64,000 nt of DNA, from positions 620,001 through 684,000 of the forward strand of contig JAANOX010000153.1 of the NCBI GenBank assembly GCA_020184695.1. The letters run 5' to 3'. The stretch's first letter is position 1, and the number at the start of each line of letters is the position of its first letter. Origin of the DNA: Histomonas meleagridis 2922-C6/04-290x. Taxonomy: Eukaryota; Protista; Parabasalia. The position numbers and the translations under genes are program-made. The notes under the pieces are model-generated. The model worked only from the letters and a program-made list of their open reading frames with translations. It was not told where the DNA came from and made no database searches. Of the stretch, positions 55,191 through 64,000 are shown in pieces.

Positions 55191-55319
55191 AGAATTTAAG
55201 AAATAAAGTATAATTTCACAACTTTTTGATTTTATAAATGGTCTGTTTTTATCTTATGAAATGGGTAATTTTACCCTTAAAGAAAAAACGATGGAAAATG
55301 GTATGAACTTAGAAAATGT

Positions 55320-55766
55320 TTAGTTTTGTCTCCTTGGGCTTACTCTGCAGCCTTCGGGCCTTGGCCTAGCAACGGGCTTTTTGCCCTTTTTGCTTTTGCC
55401 TTTCTTCTTTTTACTCTTTTTATCATCTTGTGCTTTCACGGGTTTGTAGTCTTCTTCTTTGTCGGATTGGCTTTCGTCTGCTTCTTCTTCCTCATCTTCA
55501 ATTTCTTTTGGAAGAATTGTATTACGACTTGCTTCTTGTGTGTTGTATATATAGGTATTAGCTCGGTTCTTTACTAAAATACGTGATGTACCTTCTAGTT
55601 CTTCATCATCTTCTGGATATTCAGGATAATGAATTTTGTATTTCCCATCTTTGATTGAAACTATTTCGCCTTTCCAAAGATCGACACCATTTTTGTCAAT
55701 GATTAAAACCTCTTCCTTTGGAAGAAATTCGTGGTTTTCTTCAATTGAAAACTTTGGTTTAGGCAT
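55320..55766 (-). CDS. Stand-alone MRG15-like chromo-barrel protein with acidic then basic tail
   Basis: Paralog of 12119-12487 (IHYPEYPEDDEELEGTSRIL vs IHYPDYPDDDGEIEGTKRFL). Start at MPKPK is preferred; ATGs at 55820 and 55814 are alternatives. Confidence 0.55.
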   Translation of the reverse strand: MPKPKFSIEENHEFLPKEEVLIIDKNGVDLWKGEIVSIKDGKYKIHYPEYPEDDEELEGTSRILVKNRANTYIYNTQEASRNTILPKEIEDEEEEADESQSDKEEDYKPVKAQDDKKSKKKKGKSKKGKKPVARPRPEGCRVSPRRQN

Positions 55767-56385
55767 GAAATTATTGGCGGTTGTGTTTGACAATTTAACG
55801 TATCGCAACGGCATTTCCATTATTCAAAAAGTTTAATTACCCTCAAAAAAATGTGAAATGACAGTTAAAAATTTTGCATGTGAAGTAAAAATAACGTCTT
55901 TTTAGATGAAGTGTATTGCTGTGGAAGGAACACAACAAGCTTTAACGGTCAATATGGTGACCAAACGTGTTTTTGCATTTGATACATGTTTAAATTCATT
56001 AAGTAATCAAAAGATTTACTTTATATATAATTATACGTTACTTAAAACAAAACATATTTATTGAATGGAAAAAAAGGTTTGGAATATATATATATTAAGA
56101 AAAATGATTATTCCCCATACCTAAAAATTATAAAATCTTTGGTTAAATGATCTTTTAATTGTTAAAAATGAATGACTCTGTGCGATATTTTTTCTCTGAA
56201 AACTTGTCCTCTATATCATGAAATGATGAAAAAAAATTTGCCTTTAAATTAATATTATTATCATATTTAGTTATTATTAATTCAAAATATCAATTTGTGG
56301 AATCATATTAAATTAGTAAGAAAAACAGATCTAAGGATGTTATAACATGAAATTTATATATTATAATCACTCAATATACTAGGTT

Positions 56386-56958
56386 ATGAAGATTGTAATG
56401 ATTGTGATTATAAAAGTGATTGGTTATCTATGGATTTCTTGGAACGGGTACCCCCAAAACGTTGCGGGTTTGTTTAAAGCTTTGATTTCGCTAAAGCACA
56501 TGCTTAATGATGATACTGCCATAAACACAGGAGATAAACAGTTGGGTGATCTGTCAACCAGCTTGAAATTCCTAATTAAGCTTGAGAAAACGATATTCAG
56601 TCTAACTGAAGAAAACTTCCAGGTGTCAGTTAAAAAAGTATTGGAATTATTCGATTTAAATTTTCCAAATACATTTATTATAATAATAAGTAGCATGGCT
56701 TATAATGCATTTTCATCACAAAAGCATGTGTCTGATATTTAAATAAATTTTTTAAAAACACTTCAAATGAAAAAAGAAGAAATTAATCAAAATATCGTTA
56801 AACGAATTTCAATTTTTATCAAACGTATAACTACAAAGAACACACCAGAATCATATTATTTAATTGAGAAACTAATTGAACAATCCTTGAAAAAAGTACA
56901 AGCGAAAATTCTAATTCATATTCCTCTTCTACAAATATCAAATCTTCATTTTCAATAA
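56386..56958 (+). pseudogene. Decayed N-terminus of a trichomonad repeat-protein family gene (ankyrin-associated, inferred)
   Basis: LIKLEKTIFSLTEENF... reading is broken by an in-frame TAA at 56740-56742 and continues into the 56767 ORF. Confidence 0.35.
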
Positions 56959-57860
56959 GAAATAGAAATGAAGCGTATATTGCTAATAATCAAAATCAAC
57001 TCAAATATCAAATGTTCAGAGAAAACAATCGAAATAATTGTATCAAAACAAAAGTTGATATAAACACACAAACATATGAATATCATCAAAATAACAATAT
57101 ACAATATAACAAATATATTCACAAAGCAAAATGTAAATACATAAAAACAATAATATTATAAAGTGCATAATCAGAAAAACTTCAATAAAAAATTGTTCTT
57201 AACGTAATCCTTACTTATTTAATAATAATTTCATTAATTGCGTCATCGTTTCGAAAATGAAACTGTTTAATTTCCATTTACAAAAGTTACATGCATAAAC
57301 AAATGACTTTTTGACAGTGACATGCTTGGAAGCACATTAAATAGATATACTATTAGAATTTACCAAAGTAAATAAATTTATTTGATAATAATTTCAAATA
57401 TTTTTTGATTAAAGACTACCTTTGTGAGATTATATTCTATTAGAAATTATGTTATTAGATCACAGATAAAAAAAACCAAGATTAATGAATTTTGAAATGT
57501 GTATTTTTGATGATTTTTCTTGCTTAAAATTTAGGTCACTTTTTGTAATATGACTATATTTGATATATTTTTAATCGTTTTTTGAGGTAAATTTTAGCAT
57601 TGCATAATCTGACATTTACAAAACAGAAATCACTGAATATCCCTGTACCTAAGCAATATGTATAAATATAATGTTTTATTTGAGAACGTATATGAGACAT
57701 GTTTGTAGATAATGTGAATGTCTTTATCAAATAGATGATACAATCACTAAAATGGCCCACTGTTTACAATACCTATCGTCATTGAAAATCAAAAGCTCCA
57801 ACAGAATTATTTGTATGGCGAACGAAGAACACCGGTTTTTGTCAAAAAGTTTAGCTGGTG

Positions 57861-58460
57861 ATGAAACACCTTAAGTGCGTTGTTATTGGTGATGGTGCAA
57901 TTGGAAAGACTTGCTTGCTTATCAGCTACACATCTAACGTTTTCCCAACAGATTATGTCCCTACCGTTTTCGATAATTACACAACAAACGTTATGTGCGA
58001 TAACCAAGCTATCAACCTACAACTTTGGGATACAGCAGGTCAAGAAGATTATAAAAATCTTAGACCTTTGAGTTACCCAGAAACCGATGTTTTCCTCGTA
58101 TGTTTCTCTTTGGTCAGTCCAGCATCCCTTGAAAACGTTTCAACAATTTGGATCCCTGAAATGAGAGAACACTGTAAAGACGTGCCATTTATTTTGGTTG
58201 GTCTCAAATCTGATTTAAGAGATGAATACGAAAAAGATCCCTCAAAATGCCAGGTTGGTGAGTCTCCAATCCCTACATCAAAAGGGCAAGCGACATCAAA
58301 GACCCTCAAAGCAGCTGCTTATATCGAATGTTCTGCCTTAAAACAATACAATCTTAACGAAGTATTCCAACTTGCAATCAAAACTGCTATCAACCCACAA
58401 CCTCAAGAGGAAGCGAAACAAAATACAAACAAAAGTGGTGGCTGCTGTAATATTTTCTAA
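57861..58460 (+). CDS. RAC: Rac/Rho-family small GTPase
   Basis: GDGAIGKT, YVPTVFDNY, WDTAGQEDY, LRPLSYP, ECSAL and CaaX end CCNIF. Confidence 0.93.
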   Translation: MKHLKCVVIGDGAIGKTCLLISYTSNVFPTDYVPTVFDNYTTNVMCDNQAINLQLWDTAGQEDYKNLRPLSYPETDVFLVCFSLVSPASLENVSTIWIPEMREHCKDVPFILVGLKSDLRDEYEKDPSKCQVGESPIPTSKGQATSKTLKAAAYIECSALKQYNLNEVFQLAIKTAINPQPQEEAKQNTNKSGGCCNIF

Positions 58461-59145
58461 CTTATCTTGGAAATAGGCAAATCAATTTTACGTTGAAAAT
58501 AAAGGTCTGAAGTTCTCAACATGATTTTTTTTTTCATATTTAATCTTTCGAGTTTATACACAATACATCCAAAATTATTTGTAAAAAAAAATTGTTAAAC
58601 ATTAAATGGCTCAATCATTTGTAAATATTTGACTTGTTCAAGAATTAGGTAAAATATCGAAATTTGCTTGAAAAATATTTTAACATTTAAATACCTGACT
58701 GGTAGAGATAGTCAAGCTTTATTTTAGCTATAATAAAAACTAAATTTATAAAAATGTTTATGAAAGATTATTTAAGATAAAAACACATTATCCCTTTTGG
58801 ATGAATGTCATCATCATATCTATTTTTTTAATCAATCCAATACAAATCTTAATAAAGATTTACAATTTTAATACTCCTTCAACAATTCGCCATTCAATAA
58901 TATTATTAGTTGAATGGTAATCAATCACATCCAATAACATACATTGTATGTATTAGATATTGGGAAGCAATATTATTTATTGTTTTGCATTTTTTTCGCA
59001 AACAAGTGAAACGTATGTTTTTTATTATTCTTTATAAAGTTTCATACTTTTTTACTTCTTATCCATAATATTCAAATATCGAAGCTTAACATCTAAAATA
59101 ATTCTCTCGCTTTTTATTGATATTTTTATATATATTTGATTAGCT

Positions 59146-61979
59146 TTAAATATTTCTAATAATATTGTTTTCCTTGAAATCATATGCAAATGGATCTTCA
59201 TCAATATTATATAAATTCATGCCAATGTTAGATGAAATGTTAGCATTTTTATCAATGTTTTCTTCACTGATACTTTTCAATTGACTTTGTTTCTTATTAC
59301 GAATACGAACAAGTAATAAAACAATGATGATTACAACAACACATACACAAACAATAATTATAATCATTTTGGTTTGAGCGTTTAAAATGTATTTGATTTT
59401 GTAAATGAATTCGAATTTGTAAACGTATGTGTTGGCCAAGAATAAGGTTCACATTCTTCAATAGTTTCGCCCTTAATTACATCCAATGATGCGAATTTAG
59501 TTCCTTGACATAAATCTGATGTCATTACATATTTAGCAGGAACATTTCCAAAGATATACTGGCCAAATATTTTAAGTGAATTTTGGCCAATAAAATATAT
59601 ACAATTAAGATTGTTGCAGCTATAAAATGCGTAACTTTCTATATATTTGACATTAGTTTCTAAGTTTAAACATGAAGAAAATGCACTATCTCTGATTTAT
59701 ATAACACTATTTGGAATTGTAATATTTTTTAATGATGTACAATAATAAAATGAATAATCTTTAATTGAAGTGACTGAATTTGGAATTATAATATTTGTTA
59801 ATGATGTACAATAATAAAATGCATTCTTTCCTATTTTTTCCAAATTATCTCCAATGGTAATTATCTTTATTTCAGAACATTTATAAAATGTAAAATCTTT
59901 AATTAATATAACTGTTTTTGGATAACAAACAATTGAAGTAATATATTTATTAAATAAAATTCCATTAATATCAGTATAAAAATTATTTTCAGCTGATACT
60001 TCAATAAATTAAAGATTTGTACATTCCATAAAAGTATTTGGTTCTATTGATTTAACTGAATTTGGAATTGTAATATTTGTTAAGGAAGTACAATAATAAA
60101 ATGCATAACTTCCATTTGAAGTTACACTATTACCAATAATAATTGTTTCTAATTTATTACAATAGGAAAAAGCATATGTTTCAATTAAAGTGACCATATC
60201 AGGAATTGTAAAATTAGTTAATATGTTACATTGATAAAATGAATAATTTCCTATTGTTTTAACATAATTTGGAATTATAATCTTTAGAGATGTTAAAACA
60301 ATTAGAGGAATTATAAATGTTTCATTAGTTATTGCTTCTGGTAACAAATAATTATTGTATGGTTTTTATTATAAAGAATTCCATCTACTGATGAATAATG
60401 ATTATTTTTAACAGATACTTAAATAAATTGAAGACTTGTGCAACTTCTAAAAGCATTTTCTCCAATAAATTCAACAGAATCGGGAATTATGATATTTATT
60501 AATTTTGAACAAAAATAAAATGCATCATTTCCAATTGATTTAACAGATTCAGGAATTATAATATTTGTTAATAATTTACAAAAAGAAAACAAATTGTGAT
60601 CAATCGATTGAATAATAACTGAAATTTTCATGTAAATGAATGACGAAGTACAATAACAAAATGCATTACTTCCAATGGTTGTAACAGAAGTTGGAATGGT
60701 AATATTTATTAATGACGTACAATAAAATGTATGACTTCCAATTGTTGCAACAGAAGAAGGAATCTCAAATGTATTATTAGATATTCCTTTTGGATAACAA
60801 AGAATTGTTGAATAATTTTTATCATAAAGAATTCCATCTTTTACTGAATAATAATTATTTTCATCAGATACTTTAATGAATTGAAGATTTGTACAATATC
60901 CAAAAATATTTTGGCCAATTGACATAACAGATTTTGGAATTGTAATATTTTTTAACGAAGAACAATAATAAAATGCTTCATTTCCAATTGATTCAATTGA
61001 ATCAGGAATTAAGACATTCACCAATTAATTACATTGATAAAACGCGTTCTCTCCAATTGCAATTAAATGATTTCCAATGTTTATAATAAGAAATGTATAC
61101 AATATGAAAACACAAAATCACCAATTGAAATAGTCGAATCAGGAATTTCTATATATCTTAACGAAGAGCAATCACCAAATGCATAACATCCAATCGTTAA
61201 CACATTTTTTCCGATGATAATTTTTTCTGTTGCAATACAATAATCAAATGCATAATTTCCAATAGTTATAACAGAATTTGGGATAGCAATGTTAATCAGC
61301 CAAAAACTATAAAAAAATTCATAATTTCCAATAGTTGTTACTGAATTTGGTATTTCAAATGTTTCATTTTTCATTCCCATTGGAAAACAAATAATTTTTG
61401 AAAAATCTTTATTATTAAAACTCCATCTTTTGATGAATAATAAGTGCTTTCATCAGATACTTTAATATGCTCAAAATAGACACCTAAGAATGCAGCATCA
61501 CCAATTGATTCAACTGATTTTGGGATAGTAATATTTGTCATTAAAAACCCAGATGAAAATGTAAAATTCCCTATTGTTTTTACATTTTCTCCAATAATAA
61601 CACTTGATAATTGATCACATTCCCAAAATGCATAATCACCAATTGATATCACCGAATCCCCAATGTGGACAGTTGTTAAATAGTACCAGCCATAGAAGGC
61701 ATTTTGTTCCATTTCTGTAATAGAACCATCAATTGCAACATGTAATGCTTCATTTTTATAAAAATCTCGTTCTTCAAATTCTTTTTGTGCTAATATAGTA
61801 AGAGTTAGATTTGAATAATCAAAAATTTCAAAAGTATGAATGCAAAACATGACTAATAGAAATACAGAAATCATATTATTTGACTTTTCTATCTTATCAT
61901 GAATCACGATATTATTTTGATATGATTTCGTTGAATTAAATTTGATTAGCAGTAATGAAAGAACTACAATAAATATCAT
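59146..61979 (-). pseudogene. BspA-like surface protein pseudogene
   Basis: TpLRR repeats spread over at least five ORF pieces. Frameshifts near 61415, 61085 and 60340; in-frame TAA at 61025, 60419 and 60009. A TM/tail piece lies at 59146-59439. Confidence 0.85.
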
Positions 61980-62220
61980 GTTTAATAAAATACTTTTGAG
62001 TTTATCAAAATAATATACATTTTGATATTTGATTTAATATTGGAAATAATTTCTATTAGTGAATAATGACCTCATTGGCAATAGTTTCATGCATGAAAAC
62101 GAATAAACATCGATTGCAATCACAAATAATTCATGGAACATTAAATTTTCGCAACCGCAAGGAATATTTCAGTTTTTCTGGCACAAGTCAAAGAAAAAAT
62201 TGAATGTATCCAAATTGAAT

Positions 62221-62295
62221 AAACCGAAATTATCGCTTCAATTGTAAACCGTGATTAACGGTTACCAACACAAAAAACGACGGTAGATCACGGTT
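62221..62295. promoter_or_regulatory. Cluster of Myb-type (M3-like) elements with a 9-bp inverted repeat
   Basis: AACCG, AACCGTGAT, AACGGTTA, GACGGT and ATCACGGTT within 75 bp, upstream of the BspA pseudogene. Confidence 0.45.
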
Positions 62296-62522
62296 GTATT
62301 CGTCAGTTTGCCAATACACAAAATGAATTGAAATAAAAAAGAACAATTGTTTTTTTCTCATGTTTTTGTATTTTTCAATTAGGAGAACATTAATTTTTTC
62401 AAAACACATCCATTACAACATTACAATCGAAAAAATTAAATTTTCTATCTTATCATTTTTCTCAAAATTGAATTTCTTTTTGGTTATCATTTCTACAATA
62501 TTATTTTATATGAAAAAAGGAT

Positions 62523-64000
62523 TTATTGAGGAACATTTGCGAGCGTTTCTTTCACTCTTTGTACCTTTATGGCATCACCATTACATACAACTGTTACGAA
62601 TTCTTCAGCGTTTGGCAATTGCTTTAAAATATTGAACAAAATTTGCAAGACTCTTTGTAGTATACCCGAATCATCTTCAGCTATTCCACCGATTTCTTCT
62701 CTTGGCGCAGCGAACAATTTGATTGCCACCGAAGCGAACAAGTCCATTGGCTGACAATTTGTTTTCTCTGCCAACCAAACGTAAAAGTTCATCATATCCA
62801 AATTAACTGTTTGATCTTCGACTGCAGGCATATGATTTAAACAAGGAACGAGGAATTGTTGAATAGGGAACTCATCACCTAAAACATTTCGACGTATTTC
62901 ACCAATCAAAGCAACAACGTTATCAAGAAATGACAAATAAGAAACGGATTTTTTATGTTTCTGCTTAATTTTTGTGAATAAAATTTGTATTAATTGTCCT
63001 GTATATTGTTTAAGAAATTCTGGCGCACCAGTTGTGAATTGATTTAATACATATACACATTCATCATTATTCCTTTGTAACCCTGTGACTGCTATTTGGA
63101 ATATCTTTTGTAATATGTCAACAGGTAATTGAGTTGCACAATCTTCAACAAATTGTCCAAGTGTTTGAATTGCAAATGAAATGAAATCGGATTTCTTGCT
63201 TTCTAACATTTGTAATAATACTGGTACGAATTTTCCAAGTAGTTCAGGCGCTTTAGGTCCAAATGATGCTATCATTTCATTAAACATTTTAACAATTGGA
63301 TAAAACAATTCTTCATTATATTTGAACTCATCTTCTTGACATATTAATTTCCCATTAAAGAAATCTTGTAAAACTTCACAAAGAACATTAAAGTTTTGAC
63401 CTAAAGAATATGCACCAAATGCTCGAACAATTTCAGCTAAAACATTAAAACTTTCGCCTGCTGTTTCTAATTCGTTTGTAGTTTTAATCATATTTAATGC
63501 AATTTCCGAAAATATTAATGCAATTTGTGAATGATCAATATCAGTTTTAGCTATAGCTTCAATGAAATAAACCATTGCTTTACATGTTATATCCATTGCA
63601 TCTTGTGAAGCCAATTTTGCTTGAAGTTGTATTTCATTTATTACGTCACCAATAATTGGAGCTAATATTGATGGAAATTCATATGAAATTGATGCAAGTA
63701 ATGAAAGTGCTAATGCAGGAATTGCATACGGCGAAATTTTATCTTTATTATCTTCTTCAATTTCTAAGTAAAATGTAGCTTCACCAGTCGATTCTAATTG
63801 TTGGAATCGAAAATATTCCGCTACAAATTGTGGCCCAAGATCCTTAGCGCCAATTTGTAATAAAACTGGAATTATCTGTGGTAGTAATGCTTCGATTTTT
63901 GATGAATGAAATTGTACAATTCTACCAAATGCTTGTAAAGCAAGAATTTGTAATGATTCTTGTTCATTTACCATAAAAGGAGCAATAAATTGAGCAAATT
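62523..64000 (-). CDS. Importin-beta family (importin-4/Kap123-like) C-terminal part, truncated by the window edge
   Basis: The frame is open to the window end. HEAT repeats with LDNVVALIGEI and PCLNHMPAVED, like the importin-4 DN...LP..ED motifs. Confidence 0.7.
   Translation of the reverse strand, partial: FAQFIAPFMVNEQESLQILALQAFGRIVQFHSSKIEALLPQIIPVLLQIGAKDLGPQFVAEYFRFQQLESTGEATFYLEIEEDNKDKISPYAIPALALSLLASISYEFPSILAPIIGDVINEIQLQAKLASQDAMDITCKAMVYFIEAIAKTDIDHSQIALIFSEIALNMIKTTNELETAGESFNVLAEIVRAFGAYSLGQNFNVLCEVLQDFFNGKLICQEDEFKYNEELFYPIVKMFNEMIASFGPKAPELLGKFVPVLLQMLESKKSDFISFAIQTLGQFVEDCATQLPVDILQKIFQIAVTGLQRNNDECVYVLNQFTTGAPEFLKQYTGQLIQILFTKIKQKHKKSVSYLSFLDNVVALIGEIRRNVLGDEFPIQQFLVPCLNHMPAVEDQTVNLDMMNFYVWLAEKTNCQPMDLFASVAIKLFAAPREEIGGIAEDDSGILQRVLQILFNILKQLPNAEEFVTVVCNGDAIKVQRVKETLANVPQ

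Noticed and set aside
59146-61979. TAA read-through or a reassigned genetic code, suggested by in-frame TAA at Gln/Lys positions
   Set aside because: Frameshifts occur in the same locus, and intact genes here (MDH, Hsp70, Rac, Cpn10) end in TAA at the expected positions.
1-64000. CRISPR arrays, rRNA or prokaryotic operons
   Set aside because: No regularly spaced repeats, rRNA-like sequence or Shine-Dalgarno organisation; gene content is eukaryotic.

Overview
AT-rich, intron-poor eukaryotic DNA, by inference a parabasalid (Trichomonas/Tritrichomonas-like). Support: TCACTTT initiators just before ATGs, M3-type AACC/GGTT promoter motifs, a Cpn10 with a hydrogenosomal presequence, trichomonad-type MDH, BspA proteins, and KilA-N/Maverick debris. 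About 35 intact genes sit in compact blocks. They include RBM26-like, RPA2, Cpn10, RNF126-like, an S28 peptidase-like protein, formin, CCDC42-like, DENN-like, TEX261, PTAR1-like, two importin-beta proteins, R2R3 Myb, MDH, a TBC GAP, a CHD remodeller, Listerin, cathepsin L, Hsp70 and Rac, plus one tRNA-Leu(AAG). The blocks are separated by very AT-rich islands of decayed ankyrin, BspA and Maverick sequence. No rRNA or CRISPR array was seen. Strongest leads: (1) a conserved 63-80 nt non-GT-AG insert at the same position of the ankyrin-repeat linker at four sites; (2) a dense cluster of perfect palindromes at 21.24-21.33 kb; (3) a membrane-anchored S28-EGF protein that appears to have lost its catalytic triad; (4) a perfectly symmetric back-to-back initiator promoter; (5) an intact KilA-N gene inside a decayed Maverick fragment; (6) two stand-alone MRG15-like chromo-barrel paralogs; (7) a His/Pro/Gly microprotein; (8) a five-hairpin intergenic element. 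All family calls come from motif recognition by eye; no database search was run.
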